A stretch of DNA of 64,000 nt, from contig NC_092673.1 of NCBI RefSeq assembly GCF_964355755.1, positions 32,237,648 through 32,301,647 of the forward strand, in the 5' to 3' direction. The notes under the pieces were generated by a model, which did no database searches, was not told the DNA's origin, and saw nothing but the letters and a program-made list of their open reading frames with translations. Source of the DNA: Antedon mediterranea. Lineage: Eukaryota; Animalia; Echinodermata. Below are positions 24,968 through 38,142 of the stretch, in pieces (position 1 is the first letter of the stretch; every line of letters starts with the position of its first letter). The translations under genes and the position numbers were made by a program.

Positions 24968-27900
24968 ATGGCGACTAAAAAATTACGAGAAATTGTAGCA
25001 AAGCAGGTAAGAACACAGTCGTTTTCAAGCAAGTTAAAGGCTAGGCCTAGGCCCATGTGCATTAAAAATACAAGATCAATACAATGAAGCGTGATAATAT
25101 TTTGACCACAGTACAAGGCATATTTTCCTCGGTTTACAACCATCTCTGCGAGGATATCCAGTGGTAGCCTAGGAGAATTGATTCTACCGGTACCTAATTT
25201 GCGATACATTTTGTATATGTAATTTGGATTAAATGGTAACATTTTATATTAATTATATTTTTATTAAATTGTTTATTTTATGTTGAAATTGTATTTGCAG
25301 GTTTCTATGGCAATAGGTTTGACAGAAGAGCAAATTCTACCACTGATTAATTTTTCTCAACTTATGTTAAATAAAAGGTAATGTTACAAAATAGCATTAA
25401 TCAGTTGAAAATTAAATATCAAATCCTTTTCATAAGGGGACACTTGATCCCCTAAATAGTAGTTCTACTGTGCATATGTAACTTTAATACTAAATAATTA
25501 ATAATTTCATTTTTGGTTTACTTAATTTTGTTGTTAGATGTGGAGGTGAATTAAGTGTGTCTGTCAAGTCCCTAAATCATATTCAGAATCCGGGTCAAGT
25601 ACTCTCAGACTCTGAACTCATAAAATATGCTGGAAAGGTTGCTGCTAAGGTAACAACTTAAATTTGAATTTGCTTTTATTTCAAAGACCAAAACAAATCA
25701 GATAAAATAATTGTAATTTATTTTTTAGATAACGCATCCCGGAAAGTACATTGAGAATATTGCTATAGACTCAACTCACATTAGTTTTAAGATAAAACCA
25801 TCCAGATTTGTTGAGGTAAGAAAAAAAGAGCTTATATTTTGCTTCTCATCTCCTAACTACTCAACTTATAAATTCAATTCAATAAAACTTTATTATCCCC
25901 AGCAAACTCCGGGGAAATTCATAAATAGACAAATTCCATGATTTACTTTTTTCTTTTTTTATTTGTTTTTAGTATGTTTTAGGAGAAATAAACTCAGCTG
26001 GCCAACAGTATGGCATTCCAAGATCAAATGAGCCAAAGAAAAAAGTTATAATTGAATACAGGTTGGTGCGTTTCTTTTATTAATTTTCTTTCAATTGAAT
26101 ACTAATTTAGTTTATTATTAAACATAATTTTTAAGTGAAATTTTTTATTCCTTTCAGTTCTCCAAATATTGCAAAACCTTTTCATGCTGGTCATCTGCGG
26201 TCAACAGTTATAGGTCAATTTTTAACAAATTTGCATAAATTGCTTGGACACCAGGTGACCAGTATCAATTACCTAGGTGACTGGGGAACCCAGTTTGGTA
26301 TTTTAGCAGCAGGATTGAAGAAACAAAACCAAACTGTCTTTTCAACAAGATCTTTATTTGACGTTTATGTAGCAGCTAACAGCGAAGCTGAAGTAAATGC
26401 GCAGTTCAAAATAAAAGCAAGAGAAATCTTTAGAAAAATGGAAGATGGCGATGAAGAAATATTAAGTTTGTGGCGTGAAATTCGTGATCAAAGTGTTTCT
26501 GATTACTCACACACATACAAGGTAAAAATGAAAACAAATGATGAATATTTTATAACTACCGTATACCTTTTTTCTATGAATTTTAAATTAAATAATTGTT
26601 TTTGTTTTTTTCTTTTAAAGCGTTTAGGAATAAAATTTGATGAATATTCTGGGGAATCTAAGTACAGACAATCAGCTCAAGATCTTACGAATCAACTCAA
26701 AGAAACAAATATACTTCAAAAAGCTATGTAAGTACAGCACAGAGTTTGGTTGGTTTGTTTGCAAAATGAATGCAAGAAATTACAAATAGTTATCTTTCTT
26801 TTAATAACAGAAATGGAACCGACATAATTGACCTTTCACCTGATGGATCCATGTCAAAGTTCGTGACCCTTGCTCGTAGTGATGGCACATCTCTGTACAT
26901 TACTCGTGACCTAGCTGCAGCCATTGAGCGATTCAAGCGTTACGAGTTTGACAACATGTATTATGTTGTAGATAAAAGCCAGGCAGATCATTTTTCTGGG
27001 TTGTTCCAGACGCTTAGTAAGATTGGCCATGATTGGTCAGATAGGTATGGTAACGTATCAGATTTTGGTCAGGGTATATAATAAAATGTAATCACAAAAG
27101 CTGAACATGTGTTCTAAGATGCTCCCCAATTGAAGTATTTAATACAGCACTGATTTAATATTTGCAATAAAATCAATTGTAAATTATATGTATAGCATGG
27201 TAGATCTCGAGTACACCAGCAGAGAAGTATCCGTCAATGACGGTCATGTGACTTCAGTAGAAGACGACTACAAGAACAGTAACTGTAACAACAATAAGAA
27301 TTTTTTTTTCTTTTGGAAGGTGTCATCATCTATCATTTGGACGCGTCCTCGGCATGAGCACTCGGAAAGGCAATGTGGTTTTTTTGGAAGATATTATAGA
27401 AGAGGCTAAGTTACATATGCTACAAAACATGAGAGCCTCTAAAAGTAAGAAATGAAACATTTTATAAATTAATTTTCAATGTTTACTCAAAACAAAAAAG
27501 TTTATAATTTGTACTGAACTTTCTTTCTGAACATGTAATCATTCTCAACAGTAGGATTAGTAAACAATTTATTTAATATTTTAGACACAAAGAAATTTGA
27601 AAGTGAAGTTGATGAGGAACACGTTGCTGAAACACTCGGCGTTTCTGCTATTATAGTTCAAGATTTTAAATTTAAATTGACGTCAGATTACAGGTTTGAA
27701 TGGGATAGAGCCTTACAAGACAATGGAAACACTGGTGTGTTTCTGCAGTATACTCACGCTAGACTAAGCAGGTATGTCACATGATCAGTAGGCATGTAGG
27801 TTTGAATGGGATAGAGCATTACAAGCACTGGTGTTTCTGCACTATACTCGCGCAAGACTAAGCAGGTATGTCACATGATGATCAATAGGTATGTCACATG

Positions 27901-28956
27901 ATCAGTGTAGGTATTTCACATGATCAGTATGTATGTCTCATGATCAGTAACTATGTCTCATGATCAGTATGTATGTCTCATGATCAGTAACTATGTCACA
28001 TGATCAGTATGTATGTCTCATGATCAGTAACTATGTCTCATGATCAGTATGTATGTCTCATGATCAGTAACTATGTCTCATGATCAGTATGTATGTCTCA
28101 TGATCAGTAAATATGTCTCATGATCAGTATGTATGTCTCATGATCAGTATGTATGTCACATGATCAGTAACTATGTCTCATGATCAGTAACTATGTCTCA
28201 TGATCAGTATGTATGTCTCATGATCAGTAACTATGTCTAATGATCAGTAGGTATGTCACATGATCAGACCTTCTAACACAAAATCAAAGAGGTTCTAAAC
28301 AAATTTATCATTTCATTTCTACTGTGTATTTTTTACAAATGTTCGTTTTGATTTACAATATCTTACTTTAGTATTTGTAGAAAGAGTGGTGTGTCTTTAA
28401 ATCTAGATGCTGATACTAATTTACTCCTGGAAGAAGAGGCTATTCAACTTGTACATCATCTTGCCCTGTTTGAGGGAGCAATCCAAACTGCATACACTGA
28501 AAAGGAAGCATGTCGTATTGTTAATTACCTTTTTAAGCTTTGGTAAGTTGCCAATTACAATTTGATTAAATTTGATTTATCTTTAGACGTTTGTTTTGTT
28601 ACTTACCCTTTTTGATGACTCAAATGTGAATTTTCCTTTTTCTGTTCAATGTTTCAGCCGCCTGATCTCAATAGCTTACAAAGTATTACGAGTTGAAGGA
28701 ACTCCCACAGACCTTGCAGAGGTAGGGACAATACAGTGCAAACACTGTGTTACAGCAGCATATGTTTTCTATTATGAAATAACCTAAATAAATATTTACG
28801 ATTTTGAAATTAAAGACTTCGTGATCATTGTTTCCATAAACATGATTTTTCTATAATTTTCTTTTACAGGCTAGGTTGCTCCTCTTCAACCATTCTCAGG
28901 ACATTCTTAGTACCGGTATGAAAGTACTCGGTTTAAAACCACTCAACAAGATGTAG
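24968..28956 (+). CDS. RARS2: Arginine--tRNA ligase, mitochondrial
   Basis: 13 exons: 24968-25006, 25301-25377, 25538-25649, 25729-25815, 25973-26061, 26158-26521, 26621-26727, 26811-27044, 27320-27444, 27585-27771, 28372-28542, 28658-28721, 28870-28956. Motifs [19 protein letters not shown] (HIGH), [37 protein letters not shown]; C-terminus LGLKPLNKM. Confidence 0.95.
27770..28266 (+). repeat. 20-bp intronic minisatellite plus partial exon duplication
   Basis: (tatgtctcatgatcagta(tg/ac))n; 27797-27880 copies the preceding exon end and donor. Confidence 0.9.
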
Positions 28957-29326
28957 CAATATACCATACAACCAACCAGAGACATACAGTATATAGATAA
29001 TATACATCTCTTATTCAACCAACCATGGAGGTATAACTCCATTAACAACCAACATTATTTTACTTACACGATGTTAGTGCTTAACTATGTAATTATGGAA
29101 ATAGTTATTGAAATATGCTTATACACAAATAAATATTATTATTATTAGCCATTGATTTATTTAGTGCAGCTCAATACAACAATGCAATACTACACACAAA
29201 AATTACAATATTTTATACATTGGTTTGTAACTTAAAGTAAACATTTCCTTAACATATACATAGTCTCTAAAAGTATATATCTTGATTTGTTAATAAATAT
29301 CATGTACTGTATTACTGTACATCTTA

Positions 29327-29455
29327 AGCTCTGTCTACACTACACAAAATATAGTGTGATGTACACAAATATGGTAGTGATATGACATCACCATGTCCAT
29401 ATATGGGCACATTACATTTTTTTGTCACATAAAGTTTGATGGTGTAGACAGAGCT
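29327..29455. mobile_element. Harbinger/Tourist-like MITE family A
   Basis: AGCTCTGTCTACAC...GTGTAGACAGAGCT, TTA TSD. Confidence 0.85.
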
Positions 29456-29581
29456 TTAGTTAAAAACTCATTCAATGATTCAATAAAATCTATAATGTTA
29501 TCTCTTTCTATTAGATTTTCGTACTTAAGGTCCCATAATCAATGTAATATATAACATCATGGTATAAAAATAATAACTTAA

Positions 29582-30206
29582 AGACCCCTTCCCTGCAATT
29601 TTGGACGTTTTTTGCAAAATAATACATATATATCACTTTAAAAACATTAAACCATGTCATTCCTTGTCTTAAATGTACGTTTTATGGTAAATTATGATAA
29701 AAAGTGAGAAACAATGCACTACCTAAGTAGCTCGCGGCGATCGACCTCTCATGGACGGTCTTAGGCCTAGCCTAGCTAGGCTTAGTTTTGTAGGCCTAGC
29801 TGGTAAACATCGGTAACGTACGAACATCGTACGCTAGCTATATACCTAGCCTGAAGTTGTATAGTTGCTGCATTAATTGTCTTTCTATTTTTGCCAGACT
29901 CCGTTGATACAAATTGGGGAAAACCCGGTATTTTCGCTGAAAAGTTAGGAGTCTTCCATTTGTTTTGGCCTCACGATCGATCGAAAAGTGGGCGAATTAC
30001 AGGTGAAAAACAAAAATATCAATCCACGCGCAATGCATTTTGGGATTTATAGCGGGCCGCTATAATTATTAGAATCTACTTATTTTTCACATTTGTAACC
30101 GTTTAAAGACGAAAAAAGTTATCGCAATATGACCATATAGTATTATTTTTACATTAAATATAATTTGTGATCTTAAATTAGATCTAAAAAACGTGGGAAG
30201 GGGGCT
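29582..30206. mobile_element. Kolobok-like non-autonomous element, TTAA TSD
   Basis: TTAA|AGACCCCTTCCC...GGGAAGGGGGCT|TTAA; empty site preserved at 14478-14481. Confidence 0.88.
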
Positions 30207-30889
30207 TTAATTTACACATTATAGTTTTGTTACTAGCTAGGCGCGGCCTAGCCAGGCCGCCTATCTATATACTCTCTAGCCTAGGCCTAGCTAGCCTACG
30301 TATTACACATGCGTAGAAGAACTCCTGGATTGGAGTAGTAGGGAGATTCTGTAGAATGCTGCGAATCAACTGTTACATTTTTTTAGACCAAAACGTAACC
30401 ATGTAGAAATCGTATGCGCAGTCTGAATGTTCTATTGACATGTCTGCGTCGATGATTAATTGTCAACAAAAATGTATTGCTGAACAATTCTGTTTTAGTT
30501 TCATAACAATCGGACTACGAAAAGTTCACTTTCTTACGACTGGTAATTTTAAGTAGTTGGTAATATTAATAAAATATGCAATTTTTATATTTGAATTATC
30601 ATTATTTGCCTGCCATCTTCTGTCATTAAAAATTGCGTTAATCTATAGAATATTAAATTATGCATTTGACCATGTATGTTGTTAGCGTGTCCGGTGTCCA
30701 CACATAGAACAATCGTGTTTTTAATATATGGCTAAGCAGTGGTTTCTTCATAAATCTCCTTAATTATCGATGTAATTAAACTGTAACATTGTGGGCGGTC
30801 CGCGCTCTGTCGGCGAGAGTCAAGGAACCCTTGATCTCACGTCGATGCATATCCTTCTATTCTTTAATCCATGTGTAGACAGAGCTTAA

Positions 30890-31515
30890 AGCCCCATTCC
30901 CTACGTTTTTTAGATCTAATTTAAGATCACAAACTATATTTAATGTAAAAATAATACTATATGGTCCTATTGCGATAACTTTTTTCGTCTTTAAATGGTT
31001 AAAAATGTGAAAAATAAGTCGATTTTAATAATTATAGCGGCCCGCTATAAATCCCAAAATGCATTGCGCGCGGATTGATATTTTTGTTTTTCACCTGTAA
31101 TTCGCCCACTTTTCGATCGATCGTGAGGCCAAAACAAATGGAAGACTCCTAACTTTTCAGCGAAAATACCGGGTTTTCCCCAATTTGTATCAACGGAGTC
31201 TGGCAAAAATAGAAAGACAATTAATGCAGCAACTATACAACGTCAGGCTAGGTATATAGCTCGCGTACGATGTTCGTACGTTACCGATGTTTACCAGCTA
31301 GGCCTACAAAATTAAGCCTAGCTAGGCTAGGCCTAAGACCGTCCACGAGAGGTCGATCGCCACGAGCTACTTAGGTAGTGCATTGTTTCTCACTTTTTAT
31401 CATAATTTACCATAAAACGTACATTTAAGACAAGAAATGACATGGTTTAATGTTTTTAAAGTGATATATATGTATAATTTTCCAAAAAACGTCCAAAATT
31501 GCAGGGAAGGGGTCT
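30890..31515. mobile_element. Second copy of the same Kolobok-like element, inverted
   Basis: TTAA|AGCCCCATTCCC...GGGAAGGGGTCT|TTAA; near-identical reverse complement of 29582-30206. Confidence 0.88.
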
Positions 31516-31554
31516 TTAACATCTTCCTACTACACTATCTTTGGTATTATTATG

Positions 31555-31710
31555 AGAGGGCGCCATCTACCGGGTATTGCTTTAAAAGTATAAATGGGAA
31601 ACAAATTTTTTAAACCCTGCTGCTGAGAAGACTTAAAAGTTCTTCTCGTTTTATTATTGAATACTAAATATATACAGTAGTTACACGTCATCATTAAATT
31701 CTGGTAATAG
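31555..31710 (+). promoter_or_regulatory. Putative DR1 promoter and non-coding first exon
   Basis: CTCF-like CCGGTAGATGGCGCC on the minus strand (31559-31573); AG|GTAAGA donor at 31710/31711. Confidence 0.4.
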
Positions 31711-31820
31711 GTAAGAAAATGTTAGTTTCTAACTATTTATCAATGCAATATTAAACTAGGCCTAGGCATACATAGTCTAGATTAGGCTAGGCCTGCCTCC
31801 CTTAGTTAGCTAGCCTAGCG

Positions 31821-32614
31821 GGATATGACCGGTTGGGCCGCCGACAAGTTGAGCCGCCGGTGATTTCTATGAAACGCCCAGTGCATGCGTCTTTTACGAC
31901 ATTTCGCGTAGTGATTAGGATGGTGTCCTAGTACATAAAAGTCCATGGTCTCGGTTTATTGTGTCATGAAAATAAATAATATATAATTACATAGGCCTAT
32001 TACAATTAACACAGCAAAGGAAAGTAGTAATATTTAATAATTTAATTGTTTTTAATCTTTCGAGGAAAAAATTCAGTGCACTCATAATTTTTCTCGCGTG
32101 TAGGCCTCACGTACTACTACTAATTAATAGAGTATTAACATTTTTCGAATGAGGTTAAATAAATATTATTTTTTATTTACTAATCTTTTAATATCATATT
32201 TTATTGAATTTTAAAATGTTAATACACAAAATATTTTACTAAAAAACGTGATTTTATGTAATTATTTTACCGAAAAATGGAGTAGGCCTAGGGTAGTTCA
32301 TACAACTGCCGACTGAGTGAGGGGCAACATGTTTACGTCGTCATTTTTGGCTAAAAACGATCACTTTCGGTGATGTTTTATATTTTGGAATCTACAAGCC
32401 AGATTTTCATAATTATTTCTTTAATTATAATATTTAATAATATATATACTAAAAACCATGATATATAAACGTTTGAATGTACATCATTATCGGCGCCGGT
32501 ATCCCTAACATAAATTGAAAGAGCACCGGCGAAAGTTAGCATTTCGCGTTCCATAGAAAATAACGTTTTTCTGGCGGCGGCTCAACTTGTCGGCGGCTCA
32601 ACTTGGCCTAATCC
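31821..32614. mobile_element. Mutator-like MITE
   Basis: GGAT..gccgccgacaagttgagccgcc versus ggcggctcaacttgtcggcggc..ATCC; flanks agcctagc(g) and agcctagc(t) give an 8-9-bp TSD. Confidence 0.75.
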
Positions 32615-33016
32615 AGCCTAGCTAGGCCTAGGCTGCTAACCTTTTTTTTAACCATCACCAACAAGAGAGGTGGGTAACCAGAGTAGGAGTGTAATGAGGT
32701 TGAACGCAAAGGCCAGGCCTAGCTTAAGTGGCGAATGGAATTCAACGCACAACTGATCTATTATAAAATAGTAATTCATTCTTATCTTAGACTATATAAT
32801 AGTAGGTCCTCTAACTCTTAATTTAGAGAAATTTCCCCCCTCCTGACAAAAAGTAAAACTGCTCTTTTTCGCACCGACCCTCTGGACAGACTATCTACTG
32901 ACTGTATATCACTTTAGATGATCACGTTGTATGAATTTGGATCCGATAATTCCTGTTGAGATGATCTTCAATAGATCCTGACACAAACTTTCAAAAATAC
33001 ATCCTTACATTCCAAG

Positions 33017-34519
33017 ATGGCGGAAGCTAATCAAGGTCAACAACCCGATGAAGAGTTGACAGTACCACGCGCAGCTTTAAATAAAATGATCAAAGAACTG
33101 TTACCACATACTCGTGTCGCAAATGATGCTCGTGAACTGATCCTAAACTGCTGTACGGAGTTCATCCACCTGATTGCGTCGGAGGCTAATGAGGTGTGTA
33201 ATAAACAAACAAAGAAGACGATATCTCCAGACCATGTGTTATCAGGTAAAAATAGTGTATTATTGGGTGTAACTATACAAATATTACATTGAACTGATTG
33301 GGGTGTGTGTTTTTTAAAGAAAATTGCCAAAGCTCTGTCTACACTAGTTTGTAAAAAAAAGTGTGATGTGCCCAAATATGGTAGTGATATGACATCATCA
33401 TCATGTCTATAATTATGGGCACATCACATTTTTTTGGTACATAAAGTTTGATAGTGTAGACAAAGCTTAAAGTTAGCAATCCTTTTTACATAACAAAAAC
33501 ATACACAAAATGCCCTTGGGAATCATGACACATGACAGGATTTGAACTCAGGACCTTTGGATTGTTAGTTGAGCATAATAACCACAAAACCACTCCCTTT
33601 GGAACTTTACACACCCCTATTTAGGGACGCCACACCCCTATTTAGGGATGCCACACCCCTATTTAGGGACGCCACACCACTACTTATAGATGCCATAACC
33701 TCTATTTTAGAGAAGCCACAACGCTATTTATGGATGTCACACCCTTATTTAAGGATGTCACACCCCTATCTAGGGACGCCAGACTCCTATTTAGGGACGT
33801 CACACCCCTATTTAAAGATGTTACACCCTTATTTCAGGACTTCACACCACTATTTAGGGAAGTCACGTCCCTATTTAGAGATGACACACCCCTGTTTAGG
33901 GATGTCGCATTCCTACTTTACTAATTTAGGGTCATCACACCCCTATTTTGAGACACCCTATTAAAGGAACACTTTCTTATTTGAATTCCCAAAATTATTT
34001 AAGCTCCTAATTCAATTGAATAATAATAATTGTTCTTTTGTTCACAGCACTAGAAAGACTAGGCTATGCTGCTTACCTGGATGACTGTAGGTCTGTCTTA
34101 CAAGAATGTAAGACAGAAGCCGTTAGACGACGCAAAAAAAGTCATCGTTTGGAAAATTTAGGAATACCAGAAGAGGAGTTATTACGCCAACAAGAAGCTC
34201 TCTTTGAAGAGGTGTGTATGGTTGTATATCATGCATTTTTTTAAATTTTGTGTTCCACACTTTTAAATTATTACACTCAAATAAGGTTGTGCACAGTTTA
34301 TCTGTAGTCCCATTACTTTTCCTATTCTAGAACTGTAATATGATTGATCATGTTCAACCATTTAATTGTGTTCTTTAGGCACGACGACAACAAGCTCTGA
34401 TAGCACAACAGGAATGGCTGGAAATGCAAGCTGCAGCTGGTCAACAGGCTGACCAGCAACTAATGAATGCACAGGTGATTCCAGGTGGTCATCAAGAATT
34501 GCAACCCCCAGAAACATGA
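33017..34519 (+). CDS. DR1: Protein Dr1 / negative cofactor 2 beta (histone fold)
   Basis: Exons 33017-33245, 34048-34211, 34379-34519; ELTVPRAALNKMIKELLP..DARELILNCCTEFIHLIASEANEVC..KKTISPDHV..ALERLG..RLENLGIPEEELLRQQ..QQEWLEMQ. Confidence 0.96.
33331..33467. mobile_element. Harbinger-like MITE family A
   Basis: AGCTCTGTCTACACT...GTGTAGACAAAGCT. Confidence 0.8.
33609..33962. repeat. 21-bp minisatellite in DR1 intron
   Basis: (cacacccctatttagggacgc)n, degenerate. Confidence 0.85.
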
Positions 34520-34958
34520 GGGGTTCAACAAAAATATGTAATTAATAAAAAAAAGTCAATCTTTAGAAATATATGATATTGAGATACTGTACCTTAGATA
34601 CACAAGAGTTGATGTTAGACCTGTGAGGGTGTGGGTGAAGTCTTGTACAGCCTGAATACCTTCCAGATAATCAAAATCTTTTCTCTGGCCATCCACTCTG
34701 TCACCATTTCCACTTTAAACCCTCTAAGTGCCTGGTAGATCCAGTATTTTAAAATAAAGGTTGGCGGGGAGGGGGGCGAGCTGTGCTGTAGGGCTGGACT
34801 TGATTTGTAGTTGTCCTACAGTATCTTTTTCACTGTAATTCTAAAAAATGTTGAATGCATTTTCCTACAGTTAAGGTATTGCCAACAACTCTTACTTTTT
34901 AGGCACTCAGTTCTTAGCCTTGCTACATTTATGTTTTTACCTTTAGGTGTGTTTATTA

Positions 34959-35096
34959 AGCTCTGTCTACACTATCAAACTTGATGTGACAACAAAATGT
35001 GTCCATATATGGACATGACGATGTAATATCACAACCATATTTGGGCACATCACACTTTTTTTGTCAAACTAATAAACTGATAGTGAAGACAGAGCT
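34959..35096. mobile_element. Harbinger-like MITE family A
   Basis: TTA|AGCTCTGTCTACACTATCA...GACAGAGCT|TTA. Confidence 0.85.
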
Positions 35097-35275
35097 TTAA
35101 CGTTGCTAAATATAATCCTAGTTATGTCTTCAAGTTTTGGGGTAATTGAAAGAGTTGTATACTGTAAAACAACATGCACTGATTTCCAGAATACTTAACC
35201 TGCAGCCTGAATGATTCAGTTCCACAAATATACTTGCGATGCTTTTGATGTTTTTTTTTAACCTCTTTGTTTTAA

Positions 35276-35868
35276 AGCTCAGGTACAGGCATGAATTTTA
35301 AATATAATGTTTGGTTAATTGTACATAAATCAAATATTTGTAACAGAAATCAAGACGAAAAAACATGAATTTCCCTTAATATGGCCAAATACAAAATTTT
35401 GCAAAATTCTTCCATAAAAACCAGGAAGACCTTTTTTCAGTAGTTAGGTAGTTAACCTAATGTAATAACATGTCTTGTGACTCCCTAGAAGGTGAAAAAG
35501 ATGGTGGATATGCGGTGGATAATTTTTGCTATAGCATGAAAATAAAAATTTGAAGTTGAATAAAAATTCCAGAAATGTAATATTCAAGTTATATTACCTA
35601 TACTTAGTCATCTGAAAAAATTTTTTACCACACTGTTTATTTTTCGTAGCTTTTTAAAATGCCTCTCTATTTACAAAATTTGTATACAAAAGAATAGAGA
35701 TTTTACTGTGTAATTTGAACTATCCCCCCACTGATAAGAAAGTGCTTATTTTCAACAAGCTCGTGTAACACAAATAAAATCCCAAAAATTATGAAACATA
35801 GGGGAAACTATAGATCGATAATTATTCGAATGTATGATCAATAGAATTTTTTTGCCCGCACCTGGCCT
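35276..35868. mobile_element. Second Kolobok-like MITE family
   Basis: TTAA|AGCTCAGGTACAGGCA...TGCCCGCACCTGGCCT|TTAA. Confidence 0.65.
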
Positions 35869-37624
35869 TTAACTTTAGTCAGTATATTGCAGCTAGATTC
35901 TATGATCTTAAAAACCAGTGGGTTCGCAGGGCTTCAACAAACCTCCTTTTTCCTGAAGTGCCCCTTTCAAACTAAAGACCAGCGGAAGTTCTAATCATTT
36001 TAGGCCTACTGCTGACAGTATATAGCCAACAGGTACATGCCATCTACTATTAGACTAGGCCTAAAACATTAGTTGCTTTTAGTAATCTTTGATGCCTGAT
36101 TGCATTTACAGTCAACCCTGTTCTGTAAAAATACTGGCTACGGCTATGGGATAGACATTGTTGATGCTATCCATGTTGTGTCCATGGGCAATACACGTTT
36201 AATTCACTTCGGTTGTTGATGAGCAACACAAAATTAATGTTTCATGCACTATAAAAGGAGCTGCAACCACAACTTTCCAACATTCTAATTGATTGTGCCC
36301 GACACAACATGTGCATTTCCATAATGTCTTATATTGCTGTTGAAGAATTATATTACATGATGTATAGCATGCTGGTTTTTTGAAATAAAATATTTGAAAC
36401 AGATTGGCGTTTTTTTTTTTTTTTAGGTTCGAGAAGATTACGAAGAAATTAAACTCGAACTCGGGTTTGCTTCGGGTTTGCTTCGTTTTTATTAAATTAA
36501 ATAGCCAGTACCATTTAGTGCGCATTGAATCATTTAAAATATATAGACGCCGCGCCGCACATAATGACGCCGCGCCGCACTCCTTTTCTTGAGCGTTACG
36601 ATATATAATCTGTTTCGCTTCGTTTTCTTCTTTTTGTAAATAACATTACTGGTACCGTTCAAAAATAATACACGCCGCGCCGCAATTTTTTAAGCGTTAC
36701 GAAGAAATTAAACTTTCACCTTTTATCGGTTTCGCTTCGTTTTTGTTTTGTTTTTGTAAGCAAAATCGCCAGTATGACGACATTCTGTTTATTTTGGAAA
36801 AATTTGCTTTGTCAATGGGAATAAAACTCGCATTGTTCCGTAAGAAAAATGAGACAATGAATGGATCGTGTATAAATAAATATTACACCGGATAGTGAGT
36901 GTGTGAAAAAAAGAAAATAAATACAGTACTGACAATTTATTGACAACCGGTATAGCGAAATCCTACAATAATGTAGCTTTAATTTTAATAACTTTCACAT
37001 TGTTTGACTTTTGTCTACTCTTTGGCCAATGTATGTTTCCTGTGTTTGAAAAATAATTATAATTATGACCACAATATAATTACAACCAAAACAAATGTTT
37101 ATTATTAAAATAAAAAAATATCCTTGTTCTAATTGTATAAAGTTCAGGTTAAACGTTTTCAAGGTCACTTTCACATCATTTGCGAAATTATTTGATTACA
37201 TAGACCTAAACAATTGTTTTTGAATACATTCTGTATCTAAATTCGTCCAGTTTCATAGGCAAAGAAAGGTTGGGTCTATGATACAGCATCACATGTGAAA
37301 CACATGCAATGCCTGTATCATAGACCCAACCTTTCTTTAATAATACATGTGAAAAACGCATGAGATGCTGAATTATTAATTCTTTTCGCGAAAAGAATTA
37401 ATAATTTATGAATATCAAAAACCATGAACATTTTTAATCACATGAGGTGCTGTATTACGCAAATGCTTATTCAATTCAATTCAATTCACTTTTATTTCAG
37501 AACAAAGTCCATATCATAACAAATAATAATATTATTCAATAAATAGATGCAATTAAAGTAGTAATTGAGATACAGTTTTCATATTGTAAATATAGGCCTA
37601 CAGCGATGACAATCATGTGGTAAA

Positions 37625-38142
37625 TTTTGAATATAGATTTTACTAGATATAGTAGTATAAGTTTATCTTCTGTTATAGCCTTCCATTTTATCGTTACTAT
37701 ATTTTAGGGTGATAGTTCGGCCCGCCATATTCGGCAATAAGAAATATTTTTGAATATAGATTAGGCCTAGATATAAGTAAGCTTTTATAAGATAAGTTGT
37801 AAGTAGGCCTAGTGTAGCCTTCCATTTTATCGTTACTATATTTTAGGGTGATAGTTTGGCTCGCCATATTCACCAATAAGAAATAATTTTGAATATATAG
37901 GCCTATATAAATAAGCTTCTGTAAGATCAGTTGTAAGTAGGCCTTCCATTTTATCGTTACTATCTTTTAGGGTGATAGTTTGGCCCGTTATATTCAGCAA
38001 TAAGAATTAATTTTGAATGTAGATTAGATTTAGATAAGCATTTATAAAATAAGTTGTAAGTAGGCCTAGATGTATAGCATTCTATTTTATCGTTAGGCCC
38101 TACTATCTTTTAGGGTGATAGTTCGGCCCGCCATACTCAGCA
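37625..38142. repeat. ~130-bp tandem repeat, 4 copies
   Basis: ccttccattttatcgttactat..ttagggtgatagtt at ~37679, 37818, 37942, 38080. Confidence 0.85.

Noticed and set aside
33530-33595. tRNA gene on minus strand
   Set aside because: Only a degenerate B-box-like motif; no cloverleaf; at most a SINE head remnant
33569-33964. 131-aa and 64-aa ORFs
   Set aside because: Products of a 21-bp minisatellite within a DR1 intron
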